Counted from the first letter of the stretch, positions 1 to 10,357 are shown. The stretch is 25,998 bases of DNA from Coraliomargaritaceae bacterium (GCA_965656495.1 CBFHKU010000016.1:1-25998); one strand, 5' to 3'. Program-made: numbers and translations. Notes: generated by a model not told the origin, from the sequence alone.

Positions 1-430
1 TGGTTGGAGCGATTAACGAGTTGGATAAAGGTCTCGATGACGAGGCTGCCGCCCGGCAAGCGGTCGATGGGGTGCTTGCTGATTTAAAGACCACCGAGCA
101 GGGTACTTTGGTTGGAGCGATTAACGAGTTGGATAAAGGTCTCGATGACGAGGCTGCCGCCCGGCAAGCGGTCGATGGGGTGCTTACTGATTTAACCACC
201 ACCGAGCAGAATACTTTGGTTGGAGCGATTAACGAGTTGGATAAAGGTCTCGATGACGAGGCTGCCGCCCGTACTGCTGCCAACAATGCGATCCGCACTG
301 ATTTTGCTGCTGCTGATACGACTCTCCAGACGAGCATCAATAATGAAGCTGCCGCCCGGCAAGCGGCGGACGGTAATCTTGCTGATTTAACCACCACCGA
401 GCAGGGTACTTTGGTTGGAGCAATTAATGA
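1..430 (+). repeat. 108-bp (36-aa) coding tandem repeat in the adhesin stalk
   Basis: TGGTTGGAGCGATTAACGAG starts at 1, 109 and 217; third copy is partial (to ~270); a diverged partial copy lies at ~348-430. Unit LDKGLDDEAAARQAVDGVLxDLxTTEQxTLVGAINE. Confidence 0.95.
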
Positions 431-740
431 GGTTCATGCTGCTTCCGCGATGAACAGCGCAACGAATCAAAGACTCGAATCCCGAATCAATACCAACAGT
501 GGCCACATCAGCCGCAATACCCGAGGTATCGCGATGGTAGCAGCACTCACTCACACCACTATTCTTCCTGGTATGACCCATGCCCTGGACATCAGCGCTT
601 CACACTTCGAAGATGAAACCGGAATGGCACTCAGCTACTCCCGTCGCGTCAGCGAAGGGGTACAGGTCAACTTCGGTGCTGCATCCACAACTGACTTTGA
701 AGAGGCTGTGGTGCGTGCCGGCATCGGTTTTCAATGGTAG
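1..740 (+). CDS. Trimeric autotransporter adhesin (YadA-like), C-terminal part; 5' end lies outside the window
   Basis: Frame is open from the window edge (VGAINELD from nt 3). Repetitive coiled-coil stalk, then RGIAMVAAL helix and four amphipathic strands ending AGIGFQW, as in the YadA membrane anchor. Confidence 0.85.
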   Translation, partial: VGAINELDKGLDDEAAARQAVDGVLADLKTTEQGTLVGAINELDKGLDDEAAARQAVDGVLTDLTTTEQNTLVGAINELDKGLDDEAAARTAANNAIRTDFAAADTTLQTSINNEAAARQAADGNLADLTTTEQGTLVGAINEVHAASAMNSATNQRLESRINTNSGHISRNTRGIAMVAALTHTTILPGMTHALDISASHFEDETGMALSYSRRVSEGVQVNFGAASTTDFEEAVVRAGIGFQW

Positions 741-767
741 GTTCTTTGCTTTCATAATCGAGTTGCG

Positions 768-797
768 GGCCGCCAATTCATATTGGCGGCCTTTTTC
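768..797 (+). terminator. Intrinsic terminator after the adhesin gene
   Basis: GGCCGCCAAT-TCAT-ATTGGCGGCC, a 10-bp perfect stem followed by TTTTT. Confidence 0.8.
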
Positions 798-801
798 TTG
801 A

Positions 802-1464
802 ATGATCCATCGCCCATACATTCTAATCTTTATACTGCTCTTGCTTATGAGTGCCTGTGTCAGGGTGCGCACGGACGCTCCAGAAGCGCCGAGCTTTCAC
901 AACAATCTTCCCAAGTATGCCCTGCGCATTAAAGGCCAAGTAAGTCATGCCGAAGGATTGAGCCAGTTGCCGCAAAAGGTTTACGTCTTCCCGCCATTAT
1001 GGGTCGATGCGTCATTCCAGCCCCTGAATCAGTATCGTTCGCGTGTCGGGCCAGGAGATAAACTGTGCTGGACTTCGAGTGCACCCGCTGCAGGTGAAAT
1101 CCAAGAGACTCTGATTCGGGCGATGCGAAAAAAAGGTTACCGGAATTTATCATTTGATCAACTCGCCCGAAATGAATCGGACCACTCGGTTGCAGTCATG
1201 AATCTGTATTTTTCCAAAATCCGACCTGAAAAATGGCAGGATCAATCGACCGGGCGCTGGCTCGCATCGCTGCGAATCACCGCCTCGAGCTATCCTGCTT
1301 CGCTCGAACCGCTTCAAAAGCGCGACCTCATACAAATTGATGCCATTATTGTCTTTAATGACCAAGCACACTACCGCGATGCCGTAAAGCGGAGTTACCG
1401 GTATGTTACGGATCAAATGATGTCTGAGGGCAGCTTCAATAAAACGCTCTCCTTACTCGAGTAG
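802..1464 (+). CDS. Hypothetical lipoprotein
   Basis: 220 aa; hydrophobic signal ILIFILLLLM followed by lipobox-like SAC. Confidence 0.7.
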   Translation: MIHRPYILIFILLLLMSACVRVRTDAPEAPSFHNNLPKYALRIKGQVSHAEGLSQLPQKVYVFPPLWVDASFQPLNQYRSRVGPGDKLCWTSSAPAAGEIQETLIRAMRKKGYRNLSFDQLARNESDHSVAVMNLYFSKIRPEKWQDQSTGRWLASLRITASSYPASLEPLQKRDLIQIDAIIVFNDQAHYRDAVKRSYRYVTDQMMSEGSFNKTLSLLE

Positions 1465-1726
1465 CGATTAAATTGAACGTATTCGTTTTATGAAAGCTCC
1501 CAAAGCGATGACTACCCTTTGTCTTGAAAAGGATGAAGCGATATTAGCATAAGGATGGAGTACCATTGCTTGCCTGTTTGATAAAGAATCAGTCTATTGA
1601 AGTTACAAACTTTGTTTATACCTGTTTTTAAACAGGCTACGCATTCGTTCCGCGGCTTCAAAATCGATGGAATCCGATTGCCATCTCGCCGTTCATTCCT
1701 CAGACAAGGTGCACGAATTTTGAACT

Positions 1727-3691
1727 ATGAGTATCATTGAAAAAATTGAAGCGGCGGGCGCGTCCGGCGATTTGCTGGAAAGCACCGTGAAGCATTTGAA
1801 CACCTGGACGCAGGCGGATTACCTCCCGGAATGGGTGGGGGCGAGTATCGCGGAATTGGTAGAGCAGGGCGCGTGGGAGGAGTTGAATGATCGCTTCTAC
1901 CGCGAGTTGGCGTTTGGAACGGGCGGGATGCGGGGCCGCACCATCGGGAAGGTCAGCACCTCGGTCGAGCAGGGGCCGCCCAATGCGAGCGGGGCACCCG
2001 CCTACGCCGCGGTGGGAACCAATGTCCTCAACGATTTCAACATCGTGCGTGCCACCATTGGGCTTTATGAATACGTCAGCGCGTACCTGATCGGAACCGG
2101 TTGCTACGACCGTCCGCGATTTGTGATCGCCCATGACGTTCGCCATTTCTCCCGTCATTTCTGCCTTCTGGCGGCCTCGACCTGGAACCGCCTCGGGGGG
2201 CAGGCGCTCATTTTTGACGGACCCCGTTCGACCCCGCAACTGAGCTTTGCGGTGCGCGAATACGGGGCGCATTGTGGTGCGGTCATCACCGCGAGCCACA
2301 ACCCCCCGCACGATAACGGTTTCAAGGTTTACTTCGGGGACGGCGCGCAGGTGGTGGCGCCGCACGCCGAAGCGATCGTGGCGCAGGTGCAGGCGGTCGG
2401 CCTGGAAGCAGTCCCCGCTTTCCTCGAACTGGATCTTTCGCAGATCATCACCCTGAGTGATGAGGCCGATGCCGCTTACCTCGCGGTCTTGGAAGCGGGT
2501 GTCCTTGATACGGAAGTGATGGCGCAGCAGGCACCGAAGGTGGTCTTCTCTCCGATTCACGGCACGGGCGGTATCAGTTCCATCCCCGCTCTCAAAAAAC
2601 TGGGCGTGGAGGTAATCGAGGTGCCCGAGCAGGCGGTGCAGGATGCTCGTTTCCCGACGGTGCAATCCCCGAACCCCGAAAATGCGGAGGCTTTAAAAAT
2701 GGCGATGGAAAAAGCGGAGGCCACCGGTGCCTCGATGGTTCTGGCGACGGATCCCGACGCGGACCGGATGGGCGTGGCGGTGCGCAACGCCGCCGGGGAG
2801 CTCCAACTTTTAACGGGGAATCAGATCGGTACCCTCCTCGCGGAATACCGTATTGCCACCCTTAAGGAATCGGGCGTCATCCCCGAGGCGGGCAGCGAAC
2901 GAGTCGCGCTCATCAAAACATTTGTCACCACGCCGATGCAGGAAGCACTGGCGACGGCGCACGGTATCAAGACCGTCAATACCCTCACCGGTTTTAAATG
3001 GATCGGGGAAAAAATGGCGGACTATGAGGCGGAGATGGAAGCGGGTCTGCTGGAAGCGGAGGGCATGGCGCTGGATTATGATCGCTGTGATCCGTGGACG
3101 CGCGCGGAGTTGCTGATGGAGTATTCCACCTTCTTTGTCTTTGGGGGCGAGGAAAGCTATGGTTACTTGGCGAGCGACCGGGTGCGCGACAAGGACGCAA
3201 ACGCGGCGGTGGTGATGTTCTGCGAAATGGCGGCTTACCTGCAGGCGCAGGAAATGACGATTCCGGAATATCTGGATTCCCTCTACCTACAGCACGGGTA
3301 TTACCTCGAAAGCACCATCAATATTTATTACGAGGGCGCGGCGGGCAGTGAAAAGATCGCGGCGATTCTCGCTTCGTATCGCGCGGATGCTCCGGCGGCC
3401 TTCGGCGATATTCAAGTGACGGGCTTCACGGATTTCGGGCGCACCGAGAGCGTGGATGCCGACGGAAAGCCGATTCCCGCGCAGGATTTCTACGTGCTCG
3501 AATTGGATAACGGGTATAGTTTCGCGGTGCGCGGATCCGGCACGGAGCCCAAGATTAAATTCTATCTCTTCGGGCGTTCTGAGGTACAGGATGCGGGTGA
3601 ACTCGAAGCCGTGAAAGCGGCAACGGCAGCGGCGATGGAATCCCTAGCGGCGGCGATCGAGGCAGATGCCCGTCAACGCGCGGAGGGGTAG
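1727..3691 (+). CDS. pgm: Phosphoglucomutase/phosphomannomutase (alpha-D-phosphohexomutase family)
   Basis: Motifs FGTGGMRG, ITASHNP (phosphoserine), ATDPDADR (metal loop), GGEESYG and RGSGTEPKIKFY. Confidence 0.93.
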   Translation: MSIIEKIEAAGASGDLLESTVKHLNTWTQADYLPEWVGASIAELVEQGAWEELNDRFYRELAFGTGGMRGRTIGKVSTSVEQGPPNASGAPAYAAVGTNVLNDFNIVRATIGLYEYVSAYLIGTGCYDRPRFVIAHDVRHFSRHFCLLAASTWNRLGGQALIFDGPRSTPQLSFAVREYGAHCGAVITASHNPPHDNGFKVYFGDGAQVVAPHAEAIVAQVQAVGLEAVPAFLELDLSQIITLSDEADAAYLAVLEAGVLDTEVMAQQAPKVVFSPIHGTGGISSIPALKKLGVEVIEVPEQAVQDARFPTVQSPNPENAEALKMAMEKAEATGASMVLATDPDADRMGVAVRNAAGELQLLTGNQIGTLLAEYRIATLKESGVIPEAGSERVALIKTFVTTPMQEALATAHGIKTVNTLTGFKWIGEKMADYEAEMEAGLLEAEGMALDYDRCDPWTRAELLMEYSTFFVFGGEESYGYLASDRVRDKDANAAVVMFCEMAAYLQAQEMTIPEYLDSLYLQHGYYLESTINIYYEGAAGSEKIAAILASYRADAPAAFGDIQVTGFTDFGRTESVDADGKPIPAQDFYVLELDNGYSFAVRGSGTEPKIKFYLFGRSEVQDAGELEAVKAATAAAMESLAAAIEADARQRAEG

Positions 3692-3726
3692 AGAATGTTG
3701 AACATCGAACCTTGAGGGTTGTATCA

Positions 3727-3844
3727 CGTGGAAGCGACACTCTTGTCGCTTTGCTTGTACGGCTTGGGTTGAAAAGCGACAAGAGTGTCGCTTCCACGGC
3801 TTGTACGGCTTGGGTTGAAAAGCGACAGGAGTGTCGCTTCCACG
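3727..3844. repeat. REPIN-like element 1: inverted 26-bp REP pair plus a tandemly duplicated right arm
   Basis: CGTGGAAGCGACACTCTTGTCGCTTT (3727-3752) has its perfect reverse complement at 3773-3798 with a 20-bp spacer; 3753-3798 is duplicated at 3799-3844. Each unit has an internal hairpin AAGCGACA...TGTCGCTT. Confidence 0.85.
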
Positions 3845-3881
3845 GCTTGGGTTGATTGTCGAACGTTGAGGGGGATTTGTT

Positions 3882-4210
3882 GGTGGGAAGGCGTATAGGT
3901 GGGAAAGTGGGAAGGTATGAAGGTGGGAAAGTTGGGGTTAGTCTTAATCTTAATCCTAATCTTATTCTTACTCTCAATAAGCAAAGGGTTGTGTCTCGTG
4001 GAAGCGACAATCTTGTCGCTTTGCTTGTACGGCTTGGGTTGAAAAGCGACAGGATTGTCGCTTCCACGGCCGGTGGTTGAATATCGAACGTTGAAGGGGA
4101 GTGAGATTAAGATTAGGATTAGGATTAAGAATAAGATTAAGAGAAGGTGGTTCGAACTTCCAACGTTCAACTAACAACTAACAACCTCCCTCAACTTCCA
4201 ACGTCCAACG
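3882..4210. repeat. Degenerate simple-sequence repeats with 6-, 7- and 8-nt periods
   Basis: Octamers GGTGGGAA-like 3882-3929; hexamers TTAATC-like 3938-3973 and inverted GATTAA/GATTAG 4099-4140; heptamers CAACGTY/CAACTAA-like 4154-4210 (GAACRTY-like copies also at 3693, 3854 and 4079). Confidence 0.85.
3997..4068. repeat. REPIN-like element 2
   Basis: REP at 3997-4022 and inverted REP at 4043-4068 with the same spacer GCTTGTACGGCTTGGGTTGA; 270 bp from element 1. Confidence 0.85.
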
Positions 4211-4245
4211 CTTTAATTTTGGCAAATATGGATCTGCGGGGTTTT

Positions 4246-4261
4246 TGGCATGGTTTAGGCT
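4246..4261 (+). promoter_or_regulatory. Candidate sigma-54 (-24/-12) promoter of the urt-ure operon
   Basis: TGGCATGGTTTAGGCT has the GG-N10-GC spacing of TGGCACG-N4-TTGCW, 45 nt upstream of the urtA ATG; the -12 half is imperfect. Confidence 0.45.
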
Positions 4262-4306
4262 CCATGGGTTGTGCCTCTGGCATCTAACCTGAACTTAAAA
4301 TCAACA

Positions 4307-5569
4307 ATGACTATATTATCGAAATCAATAAAAAGACTTACGGCGGGTGCGGCCGCGTTCCTTCTCCTTGGAACTTTAAGTGCTCGTGCTGACGAAACTG
4401 TTAAAGTTGGCATTCTTCACTCGCTGAGTGGAACGATGGCTATCTCTGAAACCTCGCTTCGCGATGTGCTCCTTTTCACGTTTGACGAGATCAATGCGAA
4501 CGGGGGTGTGCTCGGCAAGATGATTGAACCGGTCGAAGCGGACGGTGCCTCGGATTGGCCAACCTTCGCGGAAAAAGCGGAACAACTCCTTGCGGTTGAT
4601 AAAACTGCGGCAGTTTTCGGTTGCTGGACTTCGGTGAGCCGCAAGTTCGTGCTCCCGGTGTTCGAAAAATACAAGGGCCTGCTTTTCTATCCGGTGCAAT
4701 ATGAGGGTGAAGAGGAATCACCCAATATTTTCTACACTGCGGAAGCGGTTGGACAGCAGGCGATCCCTGCAGTGGATTATTTGCTGGAAGAGGGCTACAC
4801 GAAGTTCTACCTCATCGGTACGGACTACGTTTACCCGCAGACCACCAACATCGTGCTGTTTGAATACCTCCTCTCAAAGGGTATTCCGGTTGAAAACATC
4901 GGGGGCGGCATCCGTTATGAAGGTGATGTCGCGGTTTCCGCGGGTAATTACACACCGTTTGGACACACCGATTTCCAACAGATCGTCGCTGAGATCAAGG
5001 ACTTCGCCGCTTCGGGTGATGCCTGTGTCATCAACACCATTAACGGTGATGCCAACGTTCCTTTCTTCAAGGAAATCGCGGCTTCCGGTCTGACTTCTGA
5101 GGACTGCCCGATTGTTTCCTTTTCCCTCTCGGAGGATGAATTCCGCAGCCTGCCCACCAAGGACTTGGTCGGCCACCTCGGTTGCTGGACTTACTTCATG
5201 TCAATTGATAGCGATGCCAACAAGGCCTTCAAAGCCAACTTCCAGGAATGGCTCGCCACGAAAGCACCTGCCGCCGTGCAAAAGGAAGGTCGTGTGACCT
5301 GCAGCCCGATGGTGCTCTCCTACAATGGCGTATATCTCTGGAAGGCCGCAGTTGAAAAAGCAGGCACCTTCGATCCCGAAGCGGTGATCAAGGCGCTTGA
5401 GGGCGGCATCTCCTTCGATGGTCCCGGCGGAACGGTGACCACTCAGAAGAACCACCACCTTACTAAGAGTGTCTACATTGGGGAGACGCTGGAAGACGGA
5501 CAGTTCGACATCCTTGAGGTTATACCGGACGTCTATGGCGAGCCTTGGCTGAAAGGTACTTTTAAGTAA
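4307..5569 (+). CDS. urtA: Urea ABC transporter substrate-binding protein
   Basis: Signal peptide, then [30 protein letters not shown] and [14 protein letters not shown] 4307 preferred over GTG 4271. Confidence 0.95.
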   Translation: MTILSKSIKRLTAGAAAFLLLGTLSARADETVKVGILHSLSGTMAISETSLRDVLLFTFDEINANGGVLGKMIEPVEADGASDWPTFAEKAEQLLAVDKTAAVFGCWTSVSRKFVLPVFEKYKGLLFYPVQYEGEEESPNIFYTAEAVGQQAIPAVDYLLEEGYTKFYLIGTDYVYPQTTNIVLFEYLLSKGIPVENIGGGIRYEGDVAVSAGNYTPFGHTDFQQIVAEIKDFAASGDACVINTINGDANVPFFKEIAASGLTSEDCPIVSFSLSEDEFRSLPTKDLVGHLGCWTYFMSIDSDANKAFKANFQEWLATKAPAAVQKEGRVTCSPMVLSYNGVYLWKAAVEKAGTFDPEAVIKALEGGISFDGPGGTVTTQKNHHLTKSVYIGETLEDGQFDILEVIPDVYGEPWLKGTFK

Positions 5570-5610
5570 GACAGCTTAGCTTTTACAAGTGTAGTTGTAG
5601 TTTTGCTTGT

Positions 5611-5644
5611 TGGGCTTGTGGGGTGGTTCCCACAAGCCCACTTT
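5611..5644 (+). terminator. Intercistronic stem-loop between urtA and urtB (weak terminator or mRNA stabiliser)
   Basis: TGGGCTTGTGGG-GTGGTT-CCCACAAGCCCA, a 12-bp perfect stem followed only by CTTT. Confidence 0.65.
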
Positions 5645-5728
5645 GCAAATGAAGGGGCCCAATTTTTTCGGGCAAATTTGATTGTGCACAGAATCTGCTA
5701 AGCGAGTTGTGTGCCTACCGCAAACTTC

Positions 5729-7372
5729 ATGAATTTAATAAAACGATCGATCCTGACAGTTGCGTGTCTGGCTTGCACGGGCCTCTCGCTCCGCGCGGAG
5801 GCCACCGCCAGTGCCCGCGAAGTATTTGCCGATTTGATTCTTGCCGCGCCGGAGGAACAGGTCGTCTGGGTGGAGGTGCTGAGCGGTTACGGCGATCCCG
5901 TGATCTCAGAAATCTATGCCGCATGGCGGGCGGGCGGAATTTATACATTAGAGAGCGGGGGCAGTCTGCGTTTACTCGAGTTGGATGGTGAACAGGAGTG
6001 GACGGCGGTGCGCACCGGCGAGGCGGTGCAATTGACCGAAGCGGAGGCGAGCAGCGCCACCAAGAATCGACCCTCCCGGAAGTTGCGCAAAGTGATGAAG
6101 GGTTTGATCGACACCCTCGGTTTGAAGGCGCCGGATGCGGCGACACGGATCGACTCTGCGATTAAGATGGGCCGCAGTCAAAAGAGCGAATACCTCGAGC
6201 CCCTGCGCCAACGGCTTGAGGTAGAGAGCGATGCAAAGGTGCAGGCGGCATTGCGGGAAGCGTTGGCAATCAGCCTTTTAGAGAATGGCGACCCCGGCGA
6301 AGTGCTCGCGGCGGTGGGGGAATTGGCGGCGATGAAATCCATTCCCGCAAAAGATTTTATTGACAAAATATTGGCGAAGGAGACTGCGGGGGAGGGCAAT
6401 GAAACGGAATTAAGTCAGGCCTGCACCCAAGCGCTCGTAACGATTGAACGTCACATTAAGACGATCGAATTTTACGGTAGTTTTTTTCGCGGGTTCAGCA
6501 CGGGGTCGGTGCTCCTGATTGTATCCTTCGGGCTCGCTATTACGTTCGGTTTGATGGGCGTCATCAACATGGCGCACGGGGAATTTGTGGCAATCGGTGG
6601 TTACGTGACCTTTATGGTGCAACGGGCATTCGCGGATGTATGGGGTGCGGGGAGTGCCGCGTTTGAATGGTATTTTGTGGTGGCTTTACCGGTCAGTTTT
6701 CTGGTGGCGGCGTTGCTGGGGCTCCTGCTGGAAAAATCGGTGATACGATTTCTCTATCGCCGTCCGCTGGAATCCCTGCTCTGCACTTGGGGGATTTCGA
6801 TGGTCATGCAACAAGCCTTTCGTCTGATTTTTGGGGCGGCGAATGTACAGGTGAACAATCCCAACTGGCTGATGGGCAACCTCACTTTCGGCGGCTTTAA
6901 TATGAGCTTCACGCGACTCTTTGTGCTGCTCTTGGCGCTTCTGGTGGTTTTCCTGACCTGGCTCTTGTTGCGAAAGACAAATCTGGGCCTGCACATTCGC
7001 GCGGTCATGCAAAACCGTGAGATGGCAAGCGGACTCGGTATTCCGGTAGCCCGCGTGAATTCCCTAACCTTTGCGCTGGGTTGCGGGCTCGCCGCGCTTG
7101 GCGGTGCGGCGCTTTCACAGATCGGGAATGTCGGGCCGCTCATGGGGCAAGCCTACATCGTCGATAGTTTCATGGTGGTGGTGATCGGCAGCGTCGGGAA
7201 TCTCCTTGGCGCGGGTCTGTCCGCGATGGGGATCGGTTTGGTCGACCAACTCCTGCAGCCCTCGCTCGGTCCGGTCATGGGCAAGATAACGGTCTTTGCC
7301 GTGATCATTCTCTTTTTGCAATGGCGGCCCGGGGGAATTTTCCCGACCCGTTCCCGCAGTCTTGAAGATTAA
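5729..7372 (+). CDS. urtB: Urea ABC transporter permease with N-terminal periplasmic helical domain
   Basis: [44 protein letters not shown] and [10 protein letters not shown]. Alternative start GTG 5711. Confidence 0.93.
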   Translation: MNLIKRSILTVACLACTGLSLRAEATASAREVFADLILAAPEEQVVWVEVLSGYGDPVISEIYAAWRAGGIYTLESGGSLRLLELDGEQEWTAVRTGEAVQLTEAEASSATKNRPSRKLRKVMKGLIDTLGLKAPDAATRIDSAIKMGRSQKSEYLEPLRQRLEVESDAKVQAALREALAISLLENGDPGEVLAAVGELAAMKSIPAKDFIDKILAKETAGEGNETELSQACTQALVTIERHIKTIEFYGSFFRGFSTGSVLLIVSFGLAITFGLMGVINMAHGEFVAIGGYVTFMVQRAFADVWGAGSAAFEWYFVVALPVSFLVAALLGLLLEKSVIRFLYRRPLESLLCTWGISMVMQQAFRLIFGAANVQVNNPNWLMGNLTFGGFNMSFTRLFVLLLALLVVFLTWLLLRKTNLGLHIRAVMQNREMASGLGIPVARVNSLTFALGCGLAALGGAALSQIGNVGPLMGQAYIVDSFMVVVIGSVGNLLGAGLSAMGIGLVDQLLQPSLGPVMGKITVFAVIILFLQWRPGGIFPTRSRSLED

Positions 7373-7392
7373 AACCGACCCGGATTTCAGCC

Positions 7393-8511
7393 ATGCTCAA
7401 GCGCGAAAATACCAACGAATTTGTCATTCTGGCACTGATCACGGGGCTCTTGATGCTGGTGCCGCTCCTCAATGCCTGGGGGCCGGCGGAGGGGATTTTA
7501 TCGGTGAATTCCTTTCAGGTTTCCCTCTATGGTAAATATCTGACCTACGCGGTGCTCGCGATGAGCCTGAACCTGCTTTGGGGCTACACGGGGCTCCTGT
7601 GTTTATGCCAGAGTTTATTTTTCGCGCTGGGCGCCTATATGATGGGGATGTATCTCATGCTCATGATTGGGGAGCGCGGCGCCTACCAGAGTGTGCTTCC
7701 GGACTTCATGGTTTTCCTCGGTTATCAGGATTTGCCGCTGCACTGGAAACCCTTCTACAGTTTTTGGTTTGCGAGTGGGGCGGTCCTTTGGGTGCCCGGA
7801 CTCCTCGCGCTGATCTTTGGTTTCCTCGCTTTCCGTTCCCGCATCAAAGGGGTGTATTTCTCGATTCTCACACAGGCGCTGACCTACGCCGCCTGCCTGA
7901 TGTTTTTCCGCAATGACTTCACCTTTGGCGGCAATAACGGCTTCACCGATTTCAAAGATATACTTGGGTTTGATCTGAATGCGGACGGCACGATCCGGGG
8001 CCTCTTCATTGCGACCGTGATCCTTTTGGTGCTGACCTATCTGAGCACGACCTTCCTCCTGAAATCGAAGTTTGGAAAGATCCAGCAGGCGATCCGGGAT
8101 TCTGAAAATCGCGTCCGTTTTTCGGGTTACTCGACGACCTCCTACAAGTTAATGATCTTTGTTTTTTCCGCGATGCTTGCCGGCGCGGCGGGGGCTCTCT
8201 ATGTCCCGCAGGTCGGAGGGGTGAACCCCAGCGCGATGGAGGCGGCGAAGTCGCTGGAAGTCGTGGTATGGGTTGCAGTTGGGGGACGCGGCACCAAGTG
8301 GGGCCCCGTGATCGGGGCGGTGCTGGTTAATTTCCTCAAGAGCTATACCACACAGGCTTTTCCGGATTATTGGCTCATCATCATGGGGGGTCTCTTTGTG
8401 ATGGTGGTGCTCTTTTTCCCCGATGGCGTGATGGGGCTCGTGCGCGATGCCCGCGCCGCCCTCAAAAAACGTAGCGCCGCTACCCAAATCGAATCTACTG
8501 AAAATGTCTAA
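7393..8511 (+). CDS. urtC: Urea ABC transporter permease
   Basis: [48 protein letters not shown] and WVAVGGRGT. Confidence 0.95.
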   Translation: MLKRENTNEFVILALITGLLMLVPLLNAWGPAEGILSVNSFQVSLYGKYLTYAVLAMSLNLLWGYTGLLCLCQSLFFALGAYMMGMYLMLMIGERGAYQSVLPDFMVFLGYQDLPLHWKPFYSFWFASGAVLWVPGLLALIFGFLAFRSRIKGVYFSILTQALTYAACLMFFRNDFTFGGNNGFTDFKDILGFDLNADGTIRGLFIATVILLVLTYLSTTFLLKSKFGKIQQAIRDSENRVRFSGYSTTSYKLMIFVFSAMLAGAAGALYVPQVGGVNPSAMEAAKSLEVVVWVAVGGRGTKWGPVIGAVLVNFLKSYTTQAFPDYWLIIMGGLFVMVVLFFPDGVMGLVRDARAALKKRSAATQIESTENV

Positions 8512-9316
8512 TCCCGCCGCACCATTACACCGTGATACACCCCTGATCCTTTCGGTCTCGGGGGTCACCAAATCCTTCGATGGTTTCAAGGCGATTGACG
8601 ACCTCAATTTCTATTTGGAAGAAGGGGAACTGCGGACCGTGATCGGCCCCAATGGCGCCGGTAAAAGTACCTTTATGGATATTCTGACAGGACGCACCCG
8701 CCCCGATGCGGGTAGCGTTATCTTTCACGAGCAGAATGGCCGCGATTACAACCTCGCCAAACTGCGCGAGTTTGAAATCAACCGCCTGGGAATCGGGCGG
8801 AAGTTCCAAACCCCCAGTATTTATAAATCCCACACCGTTTACGACAATCTCGTGCTGTCCCTCGATCATCCCCGTGGGGTGCTGGCGGCGTTGCGCTACC
8901 GTGAATCCGCGAGCGATCGCGAACGCATCATGGAGGTGCTGCAGTTGATCCGACTCGAGAACCGGAAAGACGAATTGGCGGGTTCGCTCTCCCACGGACA
9001 GAAGCAATGGCTGGAAATCGGCATGCTCCTCGCGCAAAACCCCCGCATCCTCCTGATTGATGAACCCGCTGCCGGGATGAGCGACGAGGAGACCGAGCGC
9101 ACCGGGGAACTCCTCCTCAGCCTCGAGAAAAAACACAGCCTCGTCGTTATCGAGCACGATATGGAATTCATCCGCCAAATCGCCCGCAAGGTCACGGTCC
9201 TGCACCAGGGCCATGTCCTGAAAGACGGCTCCTTTGAGAGTGTCAAAAGCGACCCCCGCGTCATCGAGGTTTACCTCGGTCGGCAGGGTAAACAAACCGC
9301 CCAAGCAAATGATTAA
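8504..9316 (+). CDS. urtD: Urea ABC transporter ATP-binding protein
   Basis: Walker [34 protein letters not shown] and IEHDM. ATG 8504 overlaps the urtC end. Confidence 0.95.
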   Translation: MSNPAAPLHRDTPLILSVSGVTKSFDGFKAIDDLNFYLEEGELRTVIGPNGAGKSTFMDILTGRTRPDAGSVIFHEQNGRDYNLAKLREFEINRLGIGRKFQTPSIYKSHTVYDNLVLSLDHPRGVLAALRYRESASDRERIMEVLQLIRLENRKDELAGSLSHGQKQWLEIGMLLAQNPRILLIDEPAAGMSDEETERTGELLLSLEKKHSLVVIEHDMEFIRQIARKVTVLHQGHVLKDGSFESVKSDPRVIEVYLGRQGKQTAQAND

Positions 9317-9322
9317 GTGAGT

Positions 9323-10048
9323 ATGACCGACACCGCCATCCCTTCCACGCCTCTGCTTTCGGTCGAGGACCTCAGCGCAAGCTACGATGAATCGTTGATC
9401 CTGCGGGGGATTTCGATGGAGGTTCCGCGCGATTCGGTGGTGGCGCTCTTGGGGCGCAACGGGGTGGGGAAGACCACCCTTCTGCGCAGTATCATGGGGC
9501 TTTTGCCGCAGGCTCAGGGGTCCATCAACTTCGACGGTGCGGCGATTGAAAATTTGCGGGCCGACCAACGGGTGCGCCTCGGGATGGGATATGTTCCGCA
9601 AGGGCGGGATATTTTTCCCAATCTCACGGTGGAGGAAAACCTCAAGGTAAGCCTGAGTATTTCAGGGGCGGTCGGCGCGGAACGTTTGGATCAAGTCTAT
9701 GAACTCTTTCCGGTGCTCAAGGATATGCTTGCCCGGAAGGGCGGGGTGCTTTCCGGCGGGCAACAACAACAGCTCGCCATCGGGCGCGCCCTCCTCACCA
9801 ATCCCCGCCTCCTCATTCTGGACGAGCCCACCGAGGGCATTCAGCCGTCCATCATCGATCAAATCGAAGACGCCATTCATACCCTGAAGAATGAAGGCGA
9901 TCTCAGTATAATTCTCGTAGAGCAGTATTTGGATTTTGCCAAAGCGGCGAGCGATACTTTTTATATTTTAGAACGTGGAGCGGTGGTTCAATCCGGCGCT
10001 TCCGAATCCCTATCAACTGGCCTTATCGAACAATACCTTACGGTTTAA
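9323..10048 (+). CDS. urtE: Urea ABC transporter ATP-binding protein
   Basis: GRNGVGKTT, GYVPQGRDIF, LSGGQQQQLAIGRAL and DEPTEGIQPSII. Alternative start GTG 9317. Confidence 0.95.
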   Translation: MTDTAIPSTPLLSVEDLSASYDESLILRGISMEVPRDSVVALLGRNGVGKTTLLRSIMGLLPQAQGSINFDGAAIENLRADQRVRLGMGYVPQGRDIFPNLTVEENLKVSLSISGAVGAERLDQVYELFPVLKDMLARKGGVLSGGQQQQLAIGRALLTNPRLLILDEPTEGIQPSIIDQIEDAIHTLKNEGDLSIILVEQYLDFAKAASDTFYILERGAVVQSGASESLSTGLIEQYLTV

Positions 10049-10054
10049 ACCCTC

Positions 10055-10357
10055 ATGCACCTTACCCCACGAGAACAGGAAAAACTGATGGTCGTAGTGG
10101 CGGCTGACCTCGCGCGCCGCCGCTTGAATCGCGGCGTCAAACTCAACCATCCCGAGGCCGTTGCCCTCATTACCTATGAAATTATGGAGGGGATTCGCGA
10201 CGGGCGCAGCGTCGCGGATTTGATGAGCTACGGCACCACCATCCTGCAACGCTCCGATGTCATGGAAGGAATCCCGGAAATGATTCACGAAGTTCAGGTC
10301 GAAGGCACCTTCCCTGACGGCACCAAACTCGTCACCGTTCACAATCCCATCCGATGA
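10055..10357 (+). CDS. ureA: Urease gamma subunit
   Basis: [11 protein letters not shown]...GVKLNHPEA...[15 protein letters not shown]; 100 aa. Confidence 0.98.
   Translation: MHLTPREQEKLMVVVAADLARRRLNRGVKLNHPEAVALITYEIMEGIRDGRSVADLMSYGTTILQRSDVMEGIPEMIHEVQVEGTFPDGTKLVTVHNPIR

Noticed and set aside
3727..4068. CRISPR array
   Set aside because: Repeats occur in both orientations, spacers are identical rather than unique, and no cas genes are present.
3555..4177. ORFs across the repeat region (3555-4067, 3724-4170, 3856-4080, 3974-4177)
   Set aside because: Translations simply mirror the DNA repeats (LILILI, NPNPNL); no protein family signal.
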